A stretch of 32,000 nt of DNA from Nitrososphaera viennensis EN76 (GCF_000698785.1 NZ_CP007536.1:2220001-2252000); one strand, 5' to 3'. Counted from the stretch's first letter, positions 24,925 to 31,675 are shown. Numbers and translations are program-made. Notes: generated from the sequence alone by a model not told the origin.

Positions 24925-25260
24925 ATGCTCAAGCTAGTGCTTACGCAAGGGTACACATTTGCCGCAAACGACTATGGCCGCCCGTACGCCTTCAGGATAT
25001 ACAACGAGGACGACACGCCGTTTGACGCGACCACGTACGGCCTGCCAACAATCAAGGTCTTTGGCATTTCTGGCAACGCGGCCATACAACCGCTGGCAGG
25101 CAGCTGGACCGCACAGAACCAGGGAGCAGGCGCGTTTTCCTTTGCGCAGTCAAACTGCCTGACTGCATCCGGCCCGCACTACATTGAAGTCCAGCTGGAA
25201 AAGCCCGGCGTGGCGACAAGCACCGGGCGGCGCAGGATAACAGTCACGCCAAGCCCATAG
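24925..25260 (+). CDS. small beta-rich provirus structural protein (111 aa)
   Basis: An ORF between TerL and portal, with beta-sandwich-like composition (YAFRIYNEDDTPFDATTYGLPTIKVFGISG...). The function is inferred only from context. Confidence 0.7.
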   Translation: MLKLVLTQGYTFAANDYGRPYAFRIYNEDDTPFDATTYGLPTIKVFGISGNAAIQPLAGSWTAQNQGAGAFSFAQSNCLTASGPHYIEVQLEKPGVATSTGRRRITVTPSP

Positions 25261-25270
25261 TTCTCTTTTC
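25258..25270 (+). promoter_or_regulatory. provirus gene-boundary motif TAGTTCTCTTTTC
   Basis: Its TAG is the stop of ORF 24925..25260. It lies 35 nt before the portal GTG at 25293 and is followed by GCCTGCA. Confidence 0.6.
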
Positions 25271-25292
25271 TTTTTGCCTGCATTGAAGATGC

Positions 25293-26705
25293 GTGAACCT
25301 GCGTTTCTGGCGGCCAAAGCAAGAGGTCTATGGCGTCACGCTTTCAGAGCCGAGTACTAACTCGTCGTCCCAGGTCTCTGACTATTCGCAGTACCAGCTG
25401 TACGTCAGGCCCGAGGTCGACTTTCAGACGTGCTACGAATACTACCGCACAATAGGCAAGGTGCAGAACGCCGTCGAGTCGTACGTCGCCGAGATCCTGT
25501 CGCGGGACTGGTACTTTGAGGGCGCGCAGGAAGGCGTGCAGGCGTGCGAAGAGTGGGAGGACCGGTTCAACCTCTCGCGCATCATCGAATACATTGTCCG
25601 CGACTGGCTCGTATGCGGAAATTCCATCATCGGCATCTCTGACTGGCAGCCCGTGCAAATATCGTCGATAGCAGGCGTAAGGCGCAGCCCGTACGGGATT
25701 GCAGAGCAGTTCGTGCAGGTAGTCAACGGCCGGGAGGTGCCTCTTGACGCGTCGCGCTTTATCCACACGCAGTACATCGAGGTAAACCGCGAGGCGTGGG
25801 GCATCGGCATGTTCCACTCGCTCCTGACAACGTTTGACTATGGCAGCAGGAAAAGGTCGCTTCCGCACCTGGAGATCTACCGGCGGCAGATACAGCTTTT
25901 CTACAAGATACTGGAAAGGTACGGCTCGCCGGTGACCGTGTGGTTCTTTGAGAACGTGGCCAAGGCCGAGTTTGACCGGCAGGTCGAGGAGCTGCGGGCG
26001 CTGGAGCCGGGCGACAGGCGCATACTTTCAAAAAAGGTCGAGATAGCGACAGAGACTGTCGACGCGCGGGGCAACCTCATCAACGCGACGTCGCCGGTGA
26101 TAAACCAGGAAATCGAGGCAGGGTTGCAGACGTCTGCGAACCGGCTGATAACGCAGCCGAGCGCGATGGCAGATGCCAGAATAGGATCAGAGTACGATGA
26201 CTCGAAAACTACTGCGATCATGGAAAAGATCAGGCGCGTAATGAATGTCTTGATAATTCCAAAGATAACGTTAGCAAGAGTGGAGTTCAAGTGGGGCAAA
26301 AAAGACAACTTTGAATTTGATTTCAATCAGTTATTGCAGGCCAAGAGCGCCGGATTTGTTTCTTCAGAAGAAGGCAGGGCGATCCTGCAGTCTGTTGGCT
26401 GGAAACTGGATGACAATCTTTTCAACGCACAGCAGCAATTACAAAAGCAGGAAGACTTTCGTTTTTTAAATGAAAGAGTGCGGCATATAATTTGCAGCAC
26501 TCTTCAGGAATTCAATCCATACCACGATGAACGCGGCCGTTTTGCTAGTGCTACAGGCGCCACTAATTTCTCTGTCGTAGCAACAAAAAGACCAAGAAAT
26601 TCAAAAGTCAACATAAATGAGCCCATTATACAATCTGAAACACCTACTGAGCAACACAGAATTAGAGCAAGAAAAAGTGATACAAAACTTTCCCAACAAG
26701 ATTAG
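25293..26705 (+). CDS. portal protein (by position and size) with AT-rich C-terminal extension containing NPYHDERGRF
   Basis: A 470-aa ORF downstream of TerL and upstream of protease-MCP. The C-terminal third (from ~26170) is AT-rich. The last ~30 codons overlap the RelA/SpoT-like ORF in another frame. Confidence 0.7.
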   Translation: MNLRFWRPKQEVYGVTLSEPSTNSSSQVSDYSQYQLYVRPEVDFQTCYEYYRTIGKVQNAVESYVAEILSRDWYFEGAQEGVQACEEWEDRFNLSRIIEYIVRDWLVCGNSIIGISDWQPVQISSIAGVRRSPYGIAEQFVQVVNGREVPLDASRFIHTQYIEVNREAWGIGMFHSLLTTFDYGSRKRSLPHLEIYRRQIQLFYKILERYGSPVTVWFFENVAKAEFDRQVEELRALEPGDRRILSKKVEIATETVDARGNLINATSPVINQEIEAGLQTSANRLITQPSAMADARIGSEYDDSKTTAIMEKIRRVMNVLIIPKITLARVEFKWGKKDNFEFDFNQLLQAKSAGFVSSEEGRAILQSVGWKLDDNLFNAQQQLQKQEDFRFLNERVRHIICSTLQEFNPYHDERGRFASATGATNFSVVATKRPRNSKVNINEPIIQSETPTEQHRIRARKSDTKLSQQD

Positions 26706-27309
26706 TGAAGAAACTGCTACAGAGCAGATCTACAAAGCAGAAAAGATAAGAGAGCAGTTTGTAAATTTAGCCGACAGGCAAATTGATGATATTTCCGCAG
26801 CATATCCTGATGCAGAGGTGACTGCTAGAATAAAAGATAGTTCGAGTATGGTTGAAAAAGTTTTGCGCAAGCCGAATCAATACAACGATGTATCGCAATT
26901 ACAAGATACACTAGGTGTTAGAGTAGTTACTAAAGATCTGGATGAACTTGAAACGATCACATCAGATCTAACAACTAGATACGAAGTTGTATCTGAGGTT
27001 AGTTATGTTGATGTACCAAAGCTAGATGGCTATAGAGGCTATCATCTAAATGTAAAAGACAAATACACAGGTCTTGTGAATGAGATACAGATAAGAACAA
27101 AGAATCAAGACAAGTGGGCGGATCTTATGCACAATAGAGTTTACAAACCGTCAAAGGAATTAGAAGAGAGAGTCAGAATGAATCAAGATTCAATATACAA
27201 ATATGCAAATGAACTTTCAGACTATTATTACAGACTTGATTCAGGCGAGAAAAAAGTTAAAAAACCTGAAATATCTAAAATAATTAGAGACATACTAGGA
27301 GATGACTAA
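26617..27309 (+). CDS. RelA/SpoT-homolog synthetase-domain protein (small alarmone synthetase / toxSAS-like)
   Basis: Ordered signature blocks are RIKDSSSMVEKVLRK, DTLGVRVV, DGYRGYHLNVK and NEIQIRTKNQDKWADLMHNRVYK (R-x-K-x3-S-x3-K; D-x2-G-x-R; G-Y-R-x-x-H; E-x-Q-x-R-T-x5-W-A-x3-H-x3-Y-K). 230 aa, single domain. The ATG at 26617 is directly preceded by an in-frame TAA. Confidence 0.9.
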   Translation: MSPLYNLKHLLSNTELEQEKVIQNFPNKISEETATEQIYKAEKIREQFVNLADRQIDDISAAYPDAEVTARIKDSSSMVEKVLRKPNQYNDVSQLQDTLGVRVVTKDLDELETITSDLTTRYEVVSEVSYVDVPKLDGYRGYHLNVKDKYTGLVNEIQIRTKNQDKWADLMHNRVYKPSKELEERVRMNQDSIYKYANELSDYYYRLDSGEKKVKKPEISKIIRDILGDD

Positions 27310-27520
27310 CACGGATAATTTCATCACAAAGATGTTAGATGATGTTGACAGGCATACACCCAAAACAGGCTATAATCTTGTTGTGATAGATGATTTCGAG
27401 CCTTTTGGTGAGCAGCTCTATACCTTAGGACACTACGAGACCTATGAAGCAGCTCTTGCAGCCCAAGAACAACTTAGTGGCAACACTGTAATTTATCCAC
27501 ACAAGCGCGAAAAAGAATGA
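27302..27520 (+). CDS. small acidic protein translationally coupled to the RSH gene (candidate antitoxin or immunity protein)
   Basis: Its ATG at 27302 overlaps the RSH stop (gATGACTAA, an 8-nt overlap). 72 aa: MTNTDNFITKMLDDVDRH...LGHYETYEAALAAQEQLSGNTVIYPHKREKE. Confidence 0.7.
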   Translation: MTNTDNFITKMLDDVDRHTPKTGYNLVVIDDFEPFGEQLYTLGHYETYEAALAAQEQLSGNTVIYPHKREKE

Positions 27521-27729
27521 TTGAAAAGCATCCTAGAAATATTATCTATGCTAATAAGCCTGACTGCCCTGAAATAGTACGTAAAACGATCGGATGTATG
27601 GAGGAAGACTGACACATGGTTGAAGAAACTTGGCTTGACAAGAAGGGCATTTCGACACGTATGATGAAGCTTTAGAGGCTCAGAAAAAAATACAAAGGCA
27701 ATTCGGTAATTTATGGACCTGATGATTGA
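27517..27729 (+). pseudogene. decayed tandem duplicate of the 72-aa gene
   Basis: Its ATG at 27517 overlaps the preceding TGA (aATGA). The reading is interrupted by a TGA at 27610-27612 and by frame changes, one beside an A7 run. Pieced across frames it reads ...VEETWLDKKGHFDTYDEALEAQKKIQ.GNSVIYGPDD, against LGHYETYEAALAAQEQLSGNTVIY in the intact copy. Confidence 0.5.
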
Positions 27730-27758
27730 ATAACCTTTGGCCCGTAGAACTCGTACAG

Positions 27759-27772
27759 TAGTTCTCTTTTTT
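27759..27772 (+). promoter_or_regulatory. provirus gene-boundary motif TAGTTCTCTTTTTT
   Basis: It lies 34 nt before the protease-MCP GTG at 27793. Confidence 0.6.
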
Positions 27773-27792
27773 CTAGCCTCATAATCTCATGC

Positions 27793-29523
27793 GTGAAACC
27801 TCAAGTCAAGATCGAGTTTGTCACATCTGCCAAGGAAAAGAAAAGGATTGCCGGCATACTTGCAATCCCACGCATTTCAAGAAACGGCAATCTGTACCTG
27901 CCCGAAGAACTGGAAAAAGCGCACGGCAGAACGGTCCCCGTACTATGGAACCACGAGGGCAGCCCAAAGAGCGCCAGCGAGCCTGTACGCCAGTCCGACG
28001 TCATTGGCGCAATGCGCCTTTTCTGGGACTCTGACCTGATGCAATTAAAGTACGAGGCCGAGGTGGACCGCGACCTGCCGGAAATCCCACTGCATACCTC
28101 GCTGGGCGCGTTTTTCGAGCGCGAGGACCATGTCTGCGGAAACACGCGCTGCTACTCTGTTCCCCGCGGCCTGCGCTTTGTGGAAGCGTCGCTAACCCCT
28201 ACGCCAGGCATCCCGGAAACAACAGTCAAGATCCTAGAGAATTTTGCGTGCAGGCAATGCCGGCTTAGTTCTCTTACAAGCGAAGCATCCAACCGGGGTA
28301 TCATGTCTTCTTCAAACAACGATTCAGGTGGCGGACAGGATACGTCGTGCATCACAAGCAAGCAGTTCCAGGACGGCATCAAGAGCCTGATAGACGCAAT
28401 GGGCAGGCGCTTTGCAGACAAGCAGCAGCTGCAAACAGAGGCAGCGGCAAGGGCGCCTTCGAGCATGGTCGACGACTCGAACACGCGCGCAAGGCAGGAG
28501 TCGTACAACCGCGTGGTAGAGTTTTTCCAGCGCGTCAAGGAAAACCCAAAGGATGTCTCGTTCCCGGCAGTCTCGTGGAACATTGACAAGAACGAGTACC
28601 TTGGAAGGTGGGGCTACAACATCAGCCCGCGCGCCAAGAAAGAGGCAGTGACGATAACCGCCGGCGACATGGGGCAGGTCTTTTCAAAGCAGATCCTAGT
28701 CGTCCCGGGCGGCAGGATGAAGATTCCTGTGAGGCAGTACTGCAACTTTACTGAAATCCCTGCAGGAAACGACAGGGCACATTTCTACACGATAGGCGCA
28801 TTTGACTTTGGCACGATAACCGAGGGGACAGAGCCCACAAACGTGTCGCAGACCGTGAGCAAAAAGACGGCCACGCCTTCAATACGCGGGGCGGTCCAGC
28901 GCGTCGGCTACTCGCAGGTAGAGAACGCGCCTTTCGGCCTCGTGGATGCGATAAACGAGGCGATGGTCCTTGCCTCGATAGATGATGAAGCTTCCGACCT
29001 GCTGTCGACAACGTACGACGCCATAACGCCCACCAACTGGGTCCGCGCAGACACCGGAGCTGCGATAACCTTGGACGATGTTGCAAGCCTGACGTTCAAG
29101 CGCGAGGGGTTGCTTGCGGCAAAGCGCCTGATAGCGCAGCAGGGCCACGACGTGAGCCCCGGCAACCTCGTGCTTTTCATGCACCCAAAGGCGTACCAGG
29201 AGCTCCTGCTTGACACCAACCTGAACAACTTTTACCAGTACGCCCGGCCGGAGATAACTGCGACCGGCATACTTGAGCAGATATATGGAGTCGACATCGT
29301 GATCGCCGATCAGGTAAAGGCACAGGACAACACCACAAACGACACGTACCGCAACGTTCTTGCGGTCAAGGGCGTGGCCTTTGGCATGGCCTCTGCAAGG
29401 AACGTGACTATGGAGGCCCAGCGCAGGAACGAGACCCAGCAGGTGGTGCTGTCAGGGACGCACAGGGTAAAATCGGTAGTCATTGACGAGACTGCAAGCT
29501 GCCGCATATCGTCGGCTCAGTAA
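27793..29523 (+). CDS. prohead protease - scaffold-like linker - HK97-fold major capsid protein fusion
   Basis: The N-terminal ~150 aa fit the HK97-type prohead protease (RTVPVLWNHEG...VIG; TSLGAFFE...RFVEASLTPTPGIPETTV). They are followed by a Gly/Ser linker and the helical QFQDGIKSLIDAMGRRFADKQQLQTEAAA. The C-terminal ~330 aa are MCP-like in size and position. GTG start at the motif-defined distance. Confidence 0.8.
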   Translation: MKPQVKIEFVTSAKEKKRIAGILAIPRISRNGNLYLPEELEKAHGRTVPVLWNHEGSPKSASEPVRQSDVIGAMRLFWDSDLMQLKYEAEVDRDLPEIPLHTSLGAFFEREDHVCGNTRCYSVPRGLRFVEASLTPTPGIPETTVKILENFACRQCRLSSLTSEASNRGIMSSSNNDSGGGQDTSCITSKQFQDGIKSLIDAMGRRFADKQQLQTEAAARAPSSMVDDSNTRARQESYNRVVEFFQRVKENPKDVSFPAVSWNIDKNEYLGRWGYNISPRAKKEAVTITAGDMGQVFSKQILVVPGGRMKIPVRQYCNFTEIPAGNDRAHFYTIGAFDFGTITEGTEPTNVSQTVSKKTATPSIRGAVQRVGYSQVENAPFGLVDAINEAMVLASIDDEASDLLSTTYDAITPTNWVRADTGAAITLDDVASLTFKREGLLAAKRLIAQQGHDVSPGNLVLFMHPKAYQELLLDTNLNNFYQYARPEITATGILEQIYGVDIVIADQVKAQDNTTNDTYRNVLAVKGVAFGMASARNVTMEAQRRNETQQVVLSGTHRVKSVVIDETASCRISSAQ

Positions 29524-29539
29524 TAGGTGAGAGACCACT

Positions 29540-29665
29540 GTGGCCGACCTCAAGTCCATCTTTGACAAATACATCCGCGAGGGCGAGTCCGGGAGGAGCA
29601 ACACCAACGAGCTCCTCAAGGCCATCGTCGACGAGATCGAGGCGCTCAAGTCAAAAAGGCGCTAA
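29540..29665 (+). CDS. small helical provirus protein (41 aa), not in ORF track
   Basis: GTG at 29540 gives MADLKSIFDKYIREGESGRSNTNELLKAIVDEIEALKSKRR, with a TAA at 29663-29665 embedded in the next boundary motif. It starts 17 nt after the MCP stop. The composition is protein-like and in the GC-rich style of neighbouring genes. Confidence 0.45.
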   Translation: MADLKSIFDKYIREGESGRSNTNELLKAIVDEIEALKSKRR

Positions 29666-29675
29666 TTCTCTTTTT
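29663..29675 (+). promoter_or_regulatory. provirus gene-boundary motif variant TAATTCTCTTTTT
   Basis: It lies 37 nt before the ATG at 29700 and is followed by GTGCAAG. Confidence 0.5.
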
Positions 29676-29699
29676 CATTTTTTGTGCAAGGTTTTTTCC

Positions 29700-30059
29700 A
29701 TGACCTACTATGAAATCATGCGACTTCGAGAGATAACGCTTGGATCGCCTTCGGACACGTCGCAGGACATGCTGCTAAACGCCAAGGGCGCGCAAGCAGA
29801 TTCTCAGATAGATGACGAGCTGTACATCGTCGCAAACAGGTATTCAAAGTTGCAGAGCCTGCCGGCGCTTCCGCTTGCCGGCACGATGCTGACGCAGTCG
29901 ATAAGGGACGCGGCTACAGACAGGGCTGCTTCGCTCTTTTTCCTGGTGCAGCGCCAGCCCGCGATGGCAGACAAGTACGCGCAGAGCAGCGAGAGGGCGG
30001 TGCAGGCGTACGAGATGCGGCTTGACAGCGAGGGCGAGATCTACAGCGACAGCACCTAG
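29700..30059 (+). CDS. provirus structural protein (119 aa; head completion or connector candidate by position)
   Basis: MTYYEIMRLREITLGSPSDTSQDML.... The track ORF start at 29562 is an off-frame N-terminal extension (S/R/T-rich). Confidence 0.7.
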   Translation: MTYYEIMRLREITLGSPSDTSQDMLLNAKGAQADSQIDDELYIVANRYSKLQSLPALPLAGTMLTQSIRDAATDRAASLFFLVQRQPAMADKYAQSSERAVQAYEMRLDSEGEIYSDST

Positions 30060-30065
30060 TTCTAT
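30057..30065 (+). promoter_or_regulatory. truncated boundary motif TAGTTCTAT
   Basis: Its TAG is the stop of the previous gene, and the next ATG at 30066 follows after only 9 nt. Confidence 0.35.
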
Positions 30066-30365
30066 ATGTGTAAAAAAGATGGTGAGTATTTGGGAGCATT
30101 GGACCACATCAACAGAGAAGAGTTCCAGAATTTCCGCCAGGATGCCGGCGAGCACTTCAAGATGCTGCACGAGTGCGACAGGCGCATAGAGCGCAAGATA
30201 GACGAGCTTGCCGCCCTGCTGGAGCCCGTGCTTGACGAGCACGCCCAGAGCATGGAAAGCAGGCGCGGCAGGCGTGAGGTCAAGATGCTTGCGATAGGCG
30301 CCGCCCTTGGCGCGTTCTTTAGCGCAGTGACAGCCGCGATGCTGCTTCTTTTCCAGCTGGGCTAG
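30066..30365 (+). CDS. tail-anchored membrane protein (coiled-coil plus C-terminal TM)
   Basis: The helical region IERKIDELAALLEPVLDEH is followed by the TM segment MLAIGAALGAFFSAVTAAMLLLF at the C-terminus. Confidence 0.7.
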   Translation: MCKKDGEYLGALDHINREEFQNFRQDAGEHFKMLHECDRRIERKIDELAALLEPVLDEHAQSMESRRGRREVKMLAIGAALGAFFSAVTAAMLLLFQLG

Positions 30366-30373
30366 TTCTTTTT
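30363..30373 (+). promoter_or_regulatory. provirus gene-boundary motif variant TAGTTCTTTTT
   Basis: Its TAG is the stop of the previous gene. It lies 35 nt before the ATG at 30398 and is followed by CTGCAAG. Confidence 0.55.
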
Positions 30374-30397
30374 GCCCTTTTTCTGCAAGAGACTTTC

Positions 30398-30607
30398 ATG
30401 AGCGATCCATCCGTAGAAAAAGTGAGCCTGAACGCCAAGGAGATAATCCTTGCAATAGTGGTGTCTGCCGGGGCAGTCACGGCCCTGGTCTCTGCCGGCG
30501 CGCTCTGGACCGGACACGCAGAGATAGCGGAAAAGGCGGGCCTTGCGTTTGTGAGCGGCATCGTGGGCTTTGGCGCGGGCATCGTGACTGCGCTGTGGGG
30601 CCGCTAG
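30398..30607 (+). CDS. small two-TM membrane protein (holin-like topology)
   Basis: The two hydrophobic segments are IILAIVVSAGAVTALVSAGALW and AGLAFVSGIVGFGAGIVTALW. 69 aa. Confidence 0.7.
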   Translation: MSDPSVEKVSLNAKEIILAIVVSAGAVTALVSAGALWTGHAEIAEKAGLAFVSGIVGFGAGIVTALWGR

Positions 30608-30616
30608 TTCTTTTCT
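30605..30616 (+). promoter_or_regulatory. provirus gene-boundary motif variant TAGTTCTTTTCT
   Basis: Its TAG is the stop of the previous gene. It lies 36 nt before the GTG at 30641 (27 nt before the track's TTG at 30632). Confidence 0.55.
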
Positions 30617-30640
30617 GGTTTTCTTTCATTTTTGTTGTTT

Positions 30641-31120
30641 GTGGGAGCAGCAGTAGAACATCTGTGCTTTACATTCGATGTCTGCGTAGTTGGTTTTGGA
30701 CATTCTTCCTTAAGATGCATTGAATGTGGTCTTGTACTTGAAACTGAAAACTGTAAATGGGTTGCAATTGACGGCAGGCCAATATGCATAAAACATCATC
30801 ATGATATCACATACACAGACGTTGAGAAAAACTATTCCAAGTTTATTGCAGGTACAACCAAACGTAATTTTACATTTGATCCGGAAACTGGAAAGGCATA
30901 CGATGCAACTGATCCTGAATGCGCAAAGAAATTTTACGAAATATATGGAGACCGTAAAAACAACGTCGCCTTAATTGCCATAACTAATAATAGATCTAAT
31001 AGTCTGAATGATACTACAAAAAGAGCATTTCATAAACTGCAAAAAGAACAAAAAGATCGTTCGTTGGGAGGTGGATATCTGATGGAAACAAAACATACAC
31101 CGATATATCCTTCGCTGTAG
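30641..31120 (+). CDS. hypothetical protein in AT-rich insert (Cys/His cluster CIECG...C...CIKHHH)
   Basis: Track ORF 30632..31120. GTG at 30641 is chosen from the conserved motif spacing. The sequence turns AT-rich from ~30690. No family recognised. Confidence 0.55.
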   Translation: MGAAVEHLCFTFDVCVVGFGHSSLRCIECGLVLETENCKWVAIDGRPICIKHHHDITYTDVEKNYSKFIAGTTKRNFTFDPETGKAYDATDPECAKKFYEIYGDRKNNVALIAITNNRSNSLNDTTKRAFHKLQKEQKDRSLGGGYLMETKHTPIYPSL

Positions 31121-31216
31121 CAGGACAAAACGACAGCGAGCTTGGAATGCTGTTAAAGCGCTATAAGCAAGAAGCAATATTGATTATCGGCAAGAACGGA
31201 AAAATAAGGTGGTTAT

Positions 31217-31408
31217 ATGAAGAGTGAACAAAAAAGACTGGGCGGGCTTAAGTTCAAGAACCCTTGGCCAACAAGAGTTGAAGGAGATGTGCTTCCTATA
31301 GCTGTCATCTATCGTCTAATGTTCTTGGGATTCTCTGACAGAGATCTTTCACCTGAAGCTAGAGAAGCTCTTTACGCATATACTGCTACATTTAGCGACA
31401 CACAATAG
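31217..31408 (+). CDS. hypothetical small protein in AT-rich insert
   Basis: A 63-aa ORF with an ATG start. No motif recognised. Confidence 0.4.
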   Translation: MKSEQKRLGGLKFKNPWPTRVEGDVLPIAVIYRLMFLGFSDRDLSPEAREALYAYTATFSDTQ

Positions 31409-31451
31409 AAAAAGGAATAATGACGACTGGTAACAACAACGACGTGTATAT

Positions 31452-31459
31452 TAGTTCTC
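31452..31459 (+). promoter_or_regulatory. provirus gene-boundary motif (short form TAGTTCTC)
   Basis: It lies 35 nt before the ATG at 31487 and marks the return from AT-rich to GC-rich sequence. Confidence 0.5.
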
Positions 31460-31486
31460 AATTTCTCCACCTTGTAACTTTATTGC

Positions 31487-31669
31487 ATGTCGTCATCATC
31501 ACCGCCCGTCTGTCCTTGGGACAACGAAAAACTGCAAGCACTTGAAGGCCGGTTCCAGTTCGTCTGCGAAAAGCACGGCGAAAGGGGCCGGTTCTTCTGG
31601 GACGTCGTGCTAAACGGCGCAGGCACGCTGGGCTCGTTCCGCTGGACAGACTACCCGCCTTCGGACTAG
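31487..31669 (+). CDS. small provirus protein (60 aa)
   Basis: MSSSSPPVCPWDNEKLQALEGRFQFVCEKHGERGRFFWDV.... It is GC-rich and its ATG is at the motif-defined distance. Confidence 0.6.
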   Translation: MSSSSPPVCPWDNEKLQALEGRFQFVCEKHGERGRFFWDVVLNGAGTLGSFRWTDYPPSD

Positions 31670-31675
31670 TAGTGT

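Noticed and set aside
27789-28145. Alternative ORFs 27789..28034, 27818..28039 and minus-strand 27801..28145 at the start of the protease-MCP gene
   Set aside because: They are short, basic or low-complexity off-frame products. The 576-aa frame carries the protease motifs and starts at the motif-defined distance.
31147-31227. 26-aa ORF (MLLKRYKQEAILIIGKNGKIRWLYEE) overlapping the start of ORF 31217
   Set aside because: It is too short to support from sequence alone, so it is mentioned only within the AT-rich insert finding.
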